Part shown: positions 47,742-64,000 of the stretch, one piece after another | How the letters are laid out: each line of letters opens with the position of its first letter | Numbering within the stretch: position 1 is the first letter of the stretch | From: Eledone cirrhosa | Lineage: Eukaryota | Direction of reading: 5' to 3' | Length of the DNA stretch: 64,000 nt | NCBI GenBank assembly: GCA_964016885.1 | Contig: OZ024740.1 | Span: 67,518,001-67,582,000, forward strand | Notes under the pieces: model-generated | Seen by the model: only the letters and a program-made list of their open reading frames with translations | What the model was told of the DNA's origin: nothing | The model's database searches: none | Program-made: the position numbers and the translations under genes

Positions 47742-50727
<2,986 letters not shown>

Positions 50728-52245
50728 GCAACAGTTTTATTTAAAATTGTTGGGTTACAACGAGTAAATATTTTATAACTGATATAAAGCACTCAACAAG
50801 TTTTGGAGTAGATATACGATATTAAACAAATGGAAACTATATTTTATAAAACCATATTTATTTCATTATACATATTTCAGGGATACCATATTAGAAATAT
50901 GGCATGCCTTCTTCGGATAAAATACAATATATAAGCAGTTTTATAAATAAATTTGACGTACCATAAATATTGTTCAACTTCCATTTAAAAAAGTTGGTTT
51001 GGTAGTGAAATGTTTGTAAATATTTAGTGTTAAGCACAGTTAAAAAGAAAGACGGAGAGAAGGAATAAATGTATGTAAATAAAAACAGAGTGAGATAGAG
51101 AGAGATATGGGAGAGAGAAATAGTGAGGCGGTGAAAAATGAGAGGCAGCTGAGGCAACAGATGAATAATAATAATACAAATTGAGAGATTAAGGAGGGAG
51201 GGAGTACTGTAATTATTTATTTATTTATTTATTTAGTTATAGTGTTAAGGAGACGGAAAGAAAATATAAATAAAGAGAAAACAGCGATACTTAAATTTCA
51301 TCATGTATAGAGGGTGGAGGAGAAAGAGTTCTATCAAGAGAGAAGGATGACCGATTTATAACTTTACCTTATGTCCTATCAGTTTGAATTATCAATTCAT
51401 ATGAATTGGGTATTATAATGTAAATATCAATATTCATGAATGAGACATAGATATATAATGTGTGAAAAATAATGACCATATGTTTAGTTTAAAAATTCTT
51501 AGGTCGATATATCAAAAACTGAGATAAAACTTCAAAAATACATAAGTATATATGTTCTTTCCGAAAAAAAGAAAGAAAGAGAAAAAGAAAAAAGAGAAGG
51601 TCATCTCAAGTTCTAGTTGACACTATAGATATACACGTGAACTTACGTGATCAGCTCTGTAATTTCTTATTTCACATGAAAAAATTTTCCCTTGCGTTAT
51701 AAAAGATTTTAGTATATGTATATATACATACATACACATACATAAAAATATATATTAATACCAATATTCCTGCACTCACATTATCGTTCATGTATAGAAT
51801 AGACAACAGATATTAATATATCAAAACGCTAAGAATACTTTCATCACTCCCTAGAGTATCTAGGGCCTTAAAAAACACAGTATGCGCCCCATATCAACCA
51901 CAGAAATCAACCCTTCCAATTTATCTGACAATATATTGCCAAGTTCATTAGAAGCGATCAGAATAAGAAAACAAACAATAAACCAAAATTATTCAACAAG
52001 ACTTATTTAGCAGAAATCATTTAAAAGATTTAGGAGACCCTTTTGTTCTACAGATGCTCTTATATTTAGTATAGAAGTTTATCTAGCGTAAAATTTATTC
52101 AATAGATTGGAACATCAACATTTTAGGGTAGTTTAATTACACCATTAGTATATATTTATGATGAAGGTTTAAAAAGAAAAAGTTGAAGGAATCGAAAGAT
52201 TTATCGTCAGGTTTCATAATTAATTAAATATCTTAACTAAATATA

Positions 52246-54031
52246 CTACACTTTAAATTTATATTTATATTTAAACGTTGAGTTCAATCTATGTCTGCAG
52301 CAACTGAATAAATTGCTCCTTAGATTAAGGGAATTTTTAGATTTTAATATAAAGAATATCTCCTCCACGCAGAGGTCACATGTCTCAGATGAGGAATTAA
52401 AAGGAATCCCTCTTGATACTATATCCCAAAACAACGAATATCCAACGTTATCATGTTTAAGTTGCCAGAGTAAGCCCGATAGTGAAGTTGAAGATTTTTT
52501 GCCTGGATCTGTGAAAGAATTCTTATGGTTATTATAGCGAAGTTTAAATTCTGTCGAGGTGGAACCAACATAGTTAAAAGAATTTAAGTCAGTTTTAACA
52601 TTACAATTGTATATTATATGTTTAACTAAGCAATTGTTATTTAACGGACATTTAGATTTATTTCTACAGTTACAGTTGTTTAATTGAATATTGTTTAGGC
52701 TATTATCGGTATTTTGGCTAGGTTTTAGATTCCTATTATTTATTCTGTTAATATTTTGTACTAAATTTTTGGTGGACGAGTAAGTTAATTTTATAGTATG
52801 TCTATTAAAAATTGAGTGATATTTATGTGTTCTAGGGAAGCGTTTGTCAAGAGCATTAAAAAATAGTTTAGCAATGTGGGTTTTAATATTTAGTGAGAGG
52901 GGGGGGGGGCAAACCATATTATATTTCTAGTTCTATTTCTTTTCTGGCTTTTGGAATTATTGTAATGCTTTCTATTATAGTTGTTAAAGTTGTTACCGTA
53001 ATTAAAATTGTTGTTATTTTGGTTAGTTTGCCTATTATTATCGATGTACATAATTTTATCACTATATCCTGCTCTAGCTAACGCTTCATTGTAATACTGC
53101 GCTTTTTCGTCGAAAATATTTTTATTAGATGAAATTCTTGAGATACGTTCTTGAACAGAGTTCACTAGTATTTTTAAAAGATCTGGGGTGATTAGAGTTA
53201 AAACTGACATAATTCAAGTTTTCATTTAGTTTGTGAAATGGATAGTGAAGACATGTGTTGAGATTTAGTGTTACATCTAGGAAATTGACTATTCTATGGT
53301 TATTCTCAATTTCTATTTTTAGATTAAGGTAATTAAAAAATTGTATAATTTGTTTTCTTTTTCTATTTAGTTCAGAGTTATTATTTTCAATAAGTAAAAG
53401 CATGTCATCACGATATATTCCTCCGGCTACACCAGGTATTTTTCTATGCAGCGAATTAATTATAAATAGGCCCACAAGGTCCGTTACTTGAGCTGAGTCA
53501 GATGATCCCATAGTAATGTCGAAATTATTATCTCTAGTCCATAGTTGGTTATTAAATTCTATCAATGTTTTCCTTGCCGATAATATAATGTGCATTTCAT
53601 TGCTAGTTAGGTCTGTATGTTTGAGTGCGTAATTTAGTGCCTTATTTAGTAGATTAGGGGTAATAGATGAATAGTAGTTAGCAATATCTAGTTGAATAAA
53701 TTTATTATTATTGTTATATTTAATTTCTTTAAAACCACTCAATGATCTCACCAGTTCCCTTCCACAAGTTTAAGTTAGGTAAACCATGTAAGTTTTTAAT
53801 TTGCTTTATCACCCTGTCTAGAATGTTTTTGCTAAGTTTACCCAGGTCAGATTTTGATGGTGCAATCAATCTGACTGGCAAATCATTTTCAAAATTTCTT
53901 TTGTGATCTTTCATATTGATCTTGGGTTTCCTAGGCAAGAAGGGTTGTGTTTTGTTCTCAATTTCCAACTCATGCATTATACAAGATGCCTCAACATTCA
54001 TTTTCTCCAGTTCGTCCTGGAAAATGTACAA
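52246..54031 (-). pseudogene. PLE reverse transcriptase and GIY-YIG endonuclease, frameshifted (Hydra-clade-like)
   Basis: KDHK.NF....PVRLI.P; FIQLDIANYYSSI; DITMGSSDSAQVTDLVGLFI; YRDD; FLDV; SNHP; CNCRNKSKCPL; YVGST; CDLC..E; CRH. Confidence 0.9.
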
Positions 54032-55140
54032 AGTAGCAGATTCTGCTAAATAAGTCTTGTTGAATAATTTTGGGTTTTTTTGTTTGTTTTTTTATTCTGA
54101 TTGCTTCTAATGAACTTGGCAATATATTGTCAGATAAATTGGAAAGGTTGATTTCTGTGGTTGATATGGGGCGCATACTATGTTTTTTTAAGGCCCTAGA
54201 TACTCTAGGGAGTGATGAAAGTATTCTTAGCGTTTTGATATATTAATATCTGTTGTCTATTCTATACATGAACGATAATCATGTATGTGAGTGCAGGAAT
54301 ATTGGTATTAATATATATTGTTATGTATGTGTATGTATGTATATATATATATACTAAAATCTTTTATAACGCAAGGGAAAATTTTTTCATGTGAAATAAG
54401 AAATTACAGAGCTGATCACGTAAGTTCACGTGTATATCAATAGTGTCAACTAGAACTTGAGATGACCTTCTCTTTTTCTTTTTCTCTTTCTTTCTTTTTT
54501 CCGGAAAGTACATATATACTTATGTATTTTTGAAGATTTATCTCAGTTTTTGATATATCGACCTAAGAATTTTTAAACTAAACATATGGTCATTATTTTT
54601 CACACATTATATATGTATGTCTCATTCATGAATATTGATATTTACATTATAATACCCAATTCATATGAATTGATAATTCAAACCGATAGGACATAACGTA
54701 AAGTTATAAATCGGTCATCCTTCTCTCTTGATATAACTCTTTCTTCTTCACCCTCTATACATGATGAAATTTAAGTATCGCTGTTTTCTCTTTATTTATA
54801 TTTTCTTTCCGTCTCCTTAACACTATAACTAAATAAATAAATAAATAAATAATTACAGTACTCCCTCCCTCCTTAATCTCTCAATTTGTATTATTATTAT
54901 TCATCTGTTGCCTTAGCTGCCTCTCATTTTTCACCCCCTCACAATTTCTCTCTCCCATATCTCTCTCTATCTCTCTCTGTTTTTCTTTACATACATTTAT
55001 TCCTTCTCTCCGTCTTTCTTTTTAACTGTGCTTAACACTAAATATTTACAAACATTTCACTACAAAACCAACTTTTTTAAATGGAAGTTGAACAATATTT
55101 ATGGTACGTCAAATTTATTTATAGAACTGCTTATATATTG

Positions 55141-55206
55141 TATTTTATCTGAAGAAGGCATGCCATATTTCTAATATGGTATCCCTGAAATATGTATAAT
55201 GAAATA
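55141..55206 (+). ncRNA. Type I hammerhead ribozyme in PLE3 3' region; mirror copy at 50859-50924 (-)
   Basis: Stem I TATTTTAT/ATGAAATA, core CTGAAGA, long stem II AGG.ATGCCATATT/AATATGGTAT.CCT, GAAA, quasi-palindromic stem III TATGTA, cleavage UA. The mirror copy has CCGAAGA. Confidence 0.78.
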
Positions 55207-55652
55207 AATATGGTTTTATAAATATAGTTTCCATTTGTTTAATATCGTATATATATATAAGGAAAAAAGAGGAAATCGAAAATGCAACTGGAGTCTCTTT
55301 AAAAAAATATATATTTTTTTATTTGGTTCCTTTACCGGTTTCACAGTTCTTCTGCTTCCCAAATGTAGAATTGAGTTGGAGGGTCTGCTTTTCAGATAGA
55401 TAGATATATAGATATATTTCTTTATTAGCCACAGGGTGCACAAGAAAAGGGGACAAAGCAAAGACATTCCGGTTATTTTACATACAATCGTGTAAACAAA
55501 AAGAATAAAACAAACAATTATAACAATCGAAATCCCCAATAGGGAGGAGGCGCCACAAATGGGTTGCTTAATACCCCGTCAATAGAACAACCCTCAACTT
55601 CATGAGCGTGTTAAGCAAGTGCTCTCTTCTTCCATTTGCTCACTTCTTCAAC

Positions 55653-58600
55653 CTACAGGTTTATATACAGAGAAGGCCCAATCACTCGGGCCTATTTTGC
55701 CACATTCACCCACCTTTCAGTAAATTTACTGGGGTGCAATGCCCCTCACTCCACTCTGATTCTTCTTCTAAAGTCGTATCTAAAGAAGGGAATGAGTTGT
55801 TGACCGGAGAGAATGGCATCTGTCCTCAGTCCTCTCAATCTCGTCCACCATATAACCTCTTTCACTATAGACACTATACAGAGGAAAACCGCCTCTCTTT
55901 CGTTTTTGAAAGAAGTTTGTGGTTTAATCCTTACTATGGACTCGGCAGTCAACTGGAATTGTCCCATACGCGACAGCAGTTGTTCCGCGTAGTTCCACAG
56001 GTCGCTTACGCCCGGGCAGTGTACAATTACGTGCAGGACGATTTCAATGTCTTGCGCGTATCTTGGACACGTCCTCTTGGAAGGATCCCTGCCTGGGCGT
56101 CCGTGCGTGTAGATCTTGTCACGAACTTGTAGAGCTTCTCGGTAGCAGTGCCAGGCCAGGGACCACTGGAAGTTATCCATGGGTCCCGGGCGGAAAGTCC
56201 TACCAAACAGACTGGTGAGTTCGTCGTCTTCGACGCCTAGAGATTATCCAAGCCCGTCGTCGCCCTTAGGACGTACTAACTCTCTATAGAATATCGAAGT
56301 GGGGTCTCCACTGATTGCCTTGCCCTCTTGACAGAGGAATGTGAGCGCCTGAGCGCATTCAATTTGCCAGGTGCCCATCTTCTTCGGTCTTCGCTTGACC
56401 CTGAACTGTAGCTCCGTTAGAGAGACAAGTTGCAGGAAGGCCTGTCCAACAAACGGTGCCTACACCGGTTGGGGGTCGGTGAGTAATACCTCTAGATGCC
56501 GTAGCCTCAGCGCATGCTTGCGCATCATAAGTCGCGGCATTCCAGCCCTCCGTTAGAAGGGTGCTGACAGCAGACAGAACTCCTCACCAGTGGAGCCTGC
56601 TTCTTCCAAAGGAACTGGATGAGCATGCGTTCCATCTTGGTGAGATGTTCACGGGGACAAGGCACGACGGCCAAGTGGTAGTAGATGACGGACTCTAAAA
56701 AAGTGTTCGCCACCTCCGCTCGACCTTTCAAGGATAGTTTGCACTCTGCCAATTTCTGGGTGAGCGCAACTACCCTGGTCGTGACCTCGTTCCAGTTTTT
56801 CCATCTAGAGATCTGGACCGAACCAGACCCCGAGCAATTTCACCGGTTCATCCGTCCAGCGTCCGACGACGCTGTTAGATGGCATCGGTTTGCCTCTCCA
56901 CGTTCCGAGTTGCAAACCGACAGACTTCTCTGGGTTCAGTTTTGCTCCTGTGAGTCTTTCAAATTCCTGTAGTAAATTGACGATCATTCCGATTTCGGAG
57001 GCCTTCCACGCCATTACCGTCACGTCGTCGGCATGAGCCGATCCCGCTTTCCGCAGTCCCGGTTTCAACTGAATGCCCTGCAGCAGCTCCAGCTGCTGCA
57101 GTAGTGGCTCTAGAGTCAGTACGTACAGAATAGAGGAGAGAGGGTATCCCTGTCGGATGGGACGCGTGATTGCGAACGGCTCCGATAGGTAGCCGTTCAC
57201 CTTGAACATCGAGCAGATGTTGGTGTCCTTGCGGCGATCCAGCCTCTGAAGATGGGTCCGAAACCGGCCCCCTTGAGAACCGCTTCCAAGTATCGATGGT
57301 CGACCCTATCAAACGCCTTAGACTGATCTAAATTGATCAGAGCGCCATCAAAGCCGGGTTTACACTCCACCGTCCCTATGATGATGTATCGCATGAGGTG
57401 GAGGTTGTCGTGTGTGGGCCTGGTAGGGATTGCACACGTTTGCGCTTTCCCTACCAGGTTCTCGACGACAAGGGCCAACCTCGTTGCCAACACCTTGGCC
57501 AAAATCTTTAACTCTGTGTTGAGCAGAGTTATGGGCCTAAAGTTGCTTAGTTCGTCCCCCTTGTTCTCGTCTTTCCTGATCAGCGGTACTACGCCCCTGC
57601 CTGCAGAACTGGGAATTCTCCCGTTCTTCTACCAGTTGCAGTAGACGGCCTCGAGGACGCCAGAGAACAAGTCCGTCATGACTATGTAAATCTCATAGGG
57701 TAGACCATCTAGACCGGATGATTTGCGTTTCCCGCAGCGGCCCAGAGCGTCCCGTATCTCAGTGGCTTTGATCGGTCTTTCGCAGAACTCGGCGTCCATG
57801 CTTGAGAGACGCGGCAGTCCGTCGTGGTATGAACCCAACTCCATTGCCCTGTTCGACACACCGCCACTCTGCCCGAACAGTTGCGCAAACTGCCGCTGAA
57901 AGGCTACGCACATCCGCTTGGGGTCAAGTAGCACGCGTCCGTTTTGGTCTTTCAAAGACCGAATCGTGGACTTGTTGTCACTTTTCGCCTCTGCCACTCG
58001 GGCCCAGCTAACAGCTTTCGCTACCTCTTTTCCTAGAGTACGTGATTTACTTCTGACCACACAGCCTTCGTGTTTTGCCTCAAAGAACTGGTCCAGTGCC
58101 GTTCTCGTTGCTAGCACTCTAGCTACGTTGCCACTCCTAAGCACCTCCTCTACATTGGCTACTAGTTCCGTTTCTGTTTTGTTTCTCTCTAAGGCTAACT
58201 CTCTGCTAAAGTCTATCGACTTAAATCTAATTGCTTTCTTGAGGGAGTACCACCATCTGTTGTTGACGATGGCTCCCGTCAATTGTTGCTTAACAAATCT
58301 ACTTATCCGTTCACTGTAAGCTTTACGTGTCGCTAGCGACACGTTCAGTTTCCAGTATCCAGGTCCTTCTCTATGTATTCTATCACGGTTGACTATGCAG
58401 ATCACTAGTTTGTGGTCTGAATAGTCAACCATGTGCATTTGTGGACAGCTTAACTTCTTGTCCTTCTCTCTAATGAAAAACCTATCTAAATACGATCTAG
58501 CTTCCCCGCTGCGGTTTGCCCACGTCCACTGTGGTGCAGTCGGGAAAGCTAGTCGATATCTATCGGCCAGTTGGAATTGGCCGATTAGATTTTTGAGGCT

Positions 58601-59094
58601 GTTGCACACTTCTCTACGGGGACATGCTCCCACATACTCCCTTCGTGCATCTAGGATACCATTCCAGTCCCCCATTAAAAGCAAGGAGCGAGACGTTCCC
58701 AGAAAAGATTCTAGACGCTTAAAGAAGTCTGGCCGCGATTGCGATTGCCCGGTCGGGGCATAAACGGCCACCAGTCTGAAGGCTCCACTTCCAATACTGT
58801 TCACGTCTATAACTACCAGTCTACCCTCCGGGTCCAAATGTACTTGCTGTACTTCGACGTTCAGGTTTTTTCGAAACATGACAGCCACTCCCGCTCCACC
58901 TCCTGGCTGACAGAGAGATGTGTAGATCTCAAAGTCATTGAAGATGGGGGTAGTTGCTACCTGTTGTGGAACCTGGACTCGGTGATGGCTATTGCATCCA
59001 TACCGTGTGACCTCAGGTCGTTTAAAAGTTGGCCCTTTTTCCAGGGCATCCCTAAGCCACGCACATTCACGATTCCAACTCGTAAACTAGCCAT
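55653..59094 (-). pseudogene. Tx1-C ORF2 (APE-RT), frameshifted; YADD is HADD
   Basis: MGDWN, SYLDR, SDH, GLDGLP, DQSKAFD, QGYPLS, HADD; colinear with family A ORF2. Confidence 0.88.
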
Positions 59095-59136
59095 GTTGGT
59101 GGAGAAGAGTTGGAGAAAAGGGACGAAAAGGTGCAC

Positions 59137-61156
59137 TTACCTTTCCGTTTCCTGGAGATCGGGTTGTTCAATCTCCATTTGGTTGCTGGAGGGGATGTTG
59201 GGTGGGGAAACATTTTAACAGGACGCAGTTGATGGGTTTCTGGCAGGGGTTGCCCACGTTCTGCGAAAATTTATTCTTCAGGTCACTATAGGTTTCCATA
59301 GAAACCCTTATAAGTTTAAGCTGTGGAGACGATTCTGCTTTAAGGAAACGTTTGCCCTCCGTCTCCACCTTGGGGTTTTGGGAGATGACCTCCAACAAAC
59401 TCTTGTTGCTTGTGTTGATGTATGCGTATTGTTGTGTTGTTTTTGTTTTGTTAATGTTGGTTGTTCGTTCGTTCTTTTTATGGTGGGTACTTGTGTTTGG
59501 GGTGGTGTTGGTGTTGGTTTTGCTGGTAGGGGGATGTTTGACTGTTTGTGTTGTTTGTGTTGTTTTTTGTGTCTGTGGTTGTGTGTTGGTGTTGGTGATT
59601 GGAGTTTTGGGGGTTTTGTGGTGTCTCTTTTTGTTTTTGGATTTCCGAGGGTATCCTTTTTCTTCACTTAAAGAAGGAGAAGCAGCCTCATCTGTTAAAG
59701 AATAATCATCGTCCGGAGTGTGGGTTAGGGGTATGTTGTGTGGTGGTGGTATTTCGGTGTGTGTGCTTGTGGTAGTGTTTGATGGTGTGAGATGGGGTGG
59801 GGTTGTGTTCTTCAGGGGTGTTGTCTGTGTTTTTTCTGTTGTTGTTGGTTGAGTGGCTGTTTGTATTGGTGTGTTTGCTTGTTTCGTGTGTTGTTGTTGT
59901 TGTGGTGGTGGTTGTTTTGGCGTTAGTAACAGTGTTTTCTTTTGGATTGTTTTGGTTGAGCGTGTTTGTAAAGGGCAGGAGGCCTTTAGATGTGTGGTGC
60001 TATTGCAACGAAAGCAATGTGGGTTTCCTCCCTCAACCGAAATACTTATGTGGCTGTTGTTGTCCACCAGCACTTTTTCTGTTATTTTGGAGATTCTTTC
60101 CGGGATCATTTGCACCAGAATCTCCAAATTTGTACCAGACCACATGTGTCTGGTTGACTTTTTGATGGAGAGAATGGTGTCTTTTCTCTCCTCTAAAATT
60201 CCTGCCAATATCCACCAAATATTAATATTTGGTGGTATGTTTGCAATTCTGATTTTGTGTGTCCCTTTTCCCAGGTATGTAAAGACAAGGGTGTATTTTG
60301 TGACAGTATTGGCGTCACTGAGTATCTTTGTGCAAGGGCCTCGCTTTTGAGGAGTACCGAAATACTCCCGTACTGTTTGGCTCTCTGCATAAAGTCAATG
60401 TTTGGCAATATCTCCTTCAAGGTTGCCTCAATTTCCCCTTGACTGAAGAATGCTGGTCGTTTTGTTTCATTTGAAACATTTCTGAAGTTAATTGTCCTTC
60501 GAAATGTTTCCAGACGAATTTCTGGGGGTGAGGTTATTTGAAATTCACCGTTTTCACCGAAAGTGATAAACTCCATTGCTTCAAAGTGCATCTGTTTCGA
60601 ATTGGTGATATCGAGTTCTTTGAACTCGTGTGTCTTGATGACTGTTTGCGCAAAAGTTTTGTTGTGTTGTTATTGTTGTTGTGGTTATCGATTTCTCCGT
60701 TTGTAGTTGTGTCAATGGTTTTATTTTCTGTTGTTTTTGGTGTCTGATGTTCACTGTGTGGTTCGATCTTGTTTTTATTTATTTTTTCGATATCGGCCTC
60801 CATGGTGACGCCAATACATGTGGAGTTAGAGGTAACGTTATTATTATATGTGACTGTTTCTGTAAAAGTATTTTTTTGGTGTTGTTGTTCTTGTTGTTGT
60901 TGTGGTTGTCGGTTTTTTCGTTTGTAGTTGTGTCTATTGTTTCATTTTTTGTGGTTTTTGATGTCTGGTGTAAGCTGTGTGGTCCATCTTGTAAGTTGCA
61001 TTTTTCGGCTTCTTGGCGAAATAAAACTTTGTTGTCACTATTTCTCTCCATAGTGACGCCTATGTAGGCAGAAGTTGCGGTAACGTTACTCTCTGCATTT
61101 CTCTCTCTACTTTCTTCGTCAACGTTCGGTAGAGTTGCTTCTACTAATCTAGCCAT
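59137..61156 (-). pseudogene. Tx1-C ORF1 (CCHC), frameshifted
   Basis: CFRCNSTTHLKASC; QYGSISVLLKSEALA similar to family B QYGTISVLFKSEALA; ends MEIEQPDLQETER*. Confidence 0.82.
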
Positions 61157-61351
61157 TATCGATAGCAAAAATATTAAATTTTTGAAAACTTTTCAAATAA
61201 AATTTCCGCCCCAGTGGGGCGAAAACTGAGATTACCACCCAGCTGACAATTCAGCCTGGGTGTTAATCTATCAAACAATATAAATTTTCACACAATAAAT
61301 TCTGTTTTTGTATAGGAAATTTTACAAAAACTTACCGACGATCTACCGGTC

Positions 61352-61430
<79 letters not shown>
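61352..61430. repeat. (GATA)n microsatellite
   Basis: Visible array; a second one lies at 61804-61868. Confidence 0.95.
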
Positions 61431-61431
<1 letters not shown>

Positions 61432-61433
61432 TA

Positions 61434-61803
61434 TTTCTTTATTAGCCACAGGGGCACAAAAGAAGGGGACAAATACAAAGGGGGAAGTTTACATACAATA
61501 AAAACGGGTAAAATGTTATCACAAATGGAATTTAAAAAGTTAGTCGATTTTCCCCAATAGAGGGAGACAGTATATATGGGTAACACATACCCCCGAAAAA
61601 AAATGTGCAACCCTCATCTCCAGGAGTACGAAGAGTTTGTACTCCCTTCCTCTCCTCCTTCTTTTCCTCGACCTACAGGCTGATATAGAGAGAAGGCCCA
61701 TTCACTCGGGCCATTCACGCCACTTTCACCCACCTTTCATAAAACTTGCTGGGGTACAGCACCTCTCTCTCCATCCTGATTCTTCTTCCAAAGTGGTATT
61801 TGA
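61434..61803 (-). mobile_element. 5'-truncated 3' stub of a Tx1-C-related subfamily in (GATA)n
   Basis: ORF2 C-terminus homologous to 55653-55780; same terminus CCCTGTGGCTAATAAAGAAA; GATA repeats on both sides. Confidence 0.85.
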
Positions 61804-61869
<66 letters not shown>

Positions 61870-64000
61870 TGATTGATAGATATAGATATTGTTTTATGAA
61901 AATAATTATTGATTTTCTTTTCTATTTTTTTAATTAGGAACAAATTCAATCAATTTTGAATTCTAAGAGAATTTTCGTCTGCAAAAGTCAATTAAGTAAG
62001 AAATAAAATTTGAATTACGATTCTATGTTGTGTAGATGGATTCTGCATTTGTGAATAGGTTTTGTACTGTCCTCTCGTGAAATCTCGTCATCCCTACATT
62101 TTACACTACACTAATAATTGTCAATATTTGCTTTATAGAAGTATTACTAACGAATAAATAATTATTTGGAAGGTTTTGACACAAATGTCTCCAGAATGCT
62201 GCAGATAATTTGATTATCCTATAAGTTTCGAAAGCAAATAACTACAAACAAAATGTTGATATAGTATTACAGTGCCACCTCGAAGGTGTATGGTTCAATT
62301 CCACTGCCAGAATTCCTATGTGTACTTCGGCAGCACCGGTAATTTAAATCAAATGTTACTTAGTTTTTGGTATTATTAAGGAATGTTTATCTGCGGAAGA
62401 CTTCTCTCTTAATCTTTCGTCTATTTAATGCAAAGAAGACCAGAACGAATTAATTAAATTGACTGCTTTGCAATTCTCTAAATTTAGATGAAACTGGAAA
62501 CATTCTATAACCGTGAAGAATGTGTTCGTGTTACCTAGGAAACAGATGGATATATTTATTAGTTAAGATTTAGCTACCATCTACATCTAATTTAGTTATA
62601 TTTTTGTGGAAGGCAGATGTTGTAATTCCTTCGACGTTTGGAATCTCATGAGAAGTACTCAGCTCTTTTCGCAGTCAATCTACTTAAATCTCTGTTTAAC
62701 ACAAGAATGTTTATTATTAAAAAATACAGATTATAGAGCCACGTTACAAGCTTGTGTCTTCTGAAGGGGATTTCCATCTGTGCAAAAGCTAATCTTTTAG
62801 ATTTGCTGTCATCTAACAAACAATACTGTATATAGTCATCGACTATAAAATGGTCTAGCAATATCTATGGTAGATCTCAATAACTTCGTTCTTTGAAACT
62901 CTGGTTTCAAATTATTTTCAAAAATATGACTAGTTGGATTCATATACAAGGTGATAAGATATATCTTTAAATTGCTTAATTTATTGAGCATTCAAATATC
63001 TAATACATTTTGAACATCCAAATATCTAATACGTTTTGCTGATATCTGATATCTAATACGTTTTACTTCACAGTAACAGCTTTCTTAACAATGTACCCAA
63101 CTCTACATGTTACCGGTTAGATGCATAACATGTTAGGAAGAAATAAATATAGAATGATATCAATTGTAATTTAGCTCCAGGTCAGCTTTGTTATTGCATT
63201 CCAGTCTTGATCATACACATTTTTAGACATTTATTATTTTTACGAAGGTAAAAATCTAACTGTGGAGACAAATTGCTCTTTAGCGCTAGATCAGTTTTCA
63301 TCACATAACTCCATGATCAACGGTATTTAAGTCTTGAGCATTTCACCTTTTCATGACTATGTATGGCAATATTTACTAAGACATTTGCGTATAATTTGAG
63401 AAATTGGTTGCTATTTCTAGCATATCAAGCAACACTGCAATGTTCTTTTTGGCTTACGGATAGACATTTCACAGCTGTTTCTAACAAATCTAGCAACCAT
63501 GTGCAGGAACTATAGCATGAAATGTATAATGAGGCGGCTAATCGCAGTTTCCATTTGATCCAGGGATTTAATTATCACAAACGATACCCTTAAACTACAT
63601 TACATTATACACATCTCCATCTCTACACAGTACATCAATCCATACAATACACTTCAATACAATACAAATTCATAATAACGAAAGATATGCTTGTGAAATA
63701 ATAACACTGGTAGACTACATGATGTTTCCGTATGTATTTCATAACAGTGTTTACAAGACACAACAACAAAGACAACAGTAACAACAAGAACAACAACTAA
63801 GACATCAATAGTTATACATAATATTTTGGCGAAGAACGGATATATATGATTAGAGTATGGAATAGAATGTGTTAGCTGTATTGATGTATTTTGTTTGTGC
63901 ATTACATCAAGAGGATCAATACGAAAACAGCAGCAGCAGCAACACCATCATCAACAACAATAAGCAACAACAACAGCAGCAACAACAGAAAAAGAAAAAT

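Larger units (their letters stand above)
50728..55252 (-). mobile_element. 5'-truncated Penelope-like element 3 with ~1.2-kb inverted duplication, in (TA)n
   Basis: Arms 50812-52015 and 54041-55252 are reverse complements; RT and GIY-YIG ORF lie between them; (TA)n flanks. Confidence 0.9.
55417..61351 (-). mobile_element. Full-length decayed Tx1 LINE, family C, inserted in (GATA)n
   Basis: 5'UTR ~195 nt, ORF1, ORF2 and a 3'UTR ending CCCTGTGGCTAATAAAGAAA. GATA repeats on both flanks. Confidence 0.9.

Noticed and set aside
62646-62861. 71-aa minus-strand ORF
   Set aside because: No recognisable domain; length expected by chance.
62995-63065. Three imperfect ATATCTAATAC(A/G)TTTT units resembling a repeat-spacer array
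   Set aside because: Short degenerate minisatellite in eukaryotic DNA; spacers are too short and no cas genes are present.

Overview
Eukaryotic, AT-rich and microsatellite-dense DNA with no recognisable host gene. It is probably cephalopod (octopus-like), inferred only from the SINE type and repeat landscape. The window is mostly transposable elements sorted by microsatellite niche. (1) 7.1-31.1 kb is a nested (AAT)n array holding L1-Tx1-clade LINEs (two near-full-length families, an internally deleted copy, 3' stubs and solo 5' ends), an intact-ORF R4/Dong RLE element with two 3' stubs, and tRNA-derived SINEs. (2) 34-55 kb is (TA)n arrays holding Penelope-like elements (PLEs) with long inverted duplications and hammerhead ribozyme motifs. 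(3) 55-62 kb is a third Tx1 family sitting in (GATA)n. Older RTE, CR1/L2 and mariner fragments and two non-autonomous Helitron-like inserts are also present. Main candidates for novelty: GTAAG(T) splice-donor/U1 motifs conserved at the 5' end and at the ORF1 stop of three divergent Tx1 families, possibly making ORF2 an intron; a Dong element with a Tx1-type 5' module; a SINE whose tail and orientation match the (AAT)n Tx1; and an endonuclease loop that tracks AAT versus GATA targets. All calls were made by eye, without database searches.
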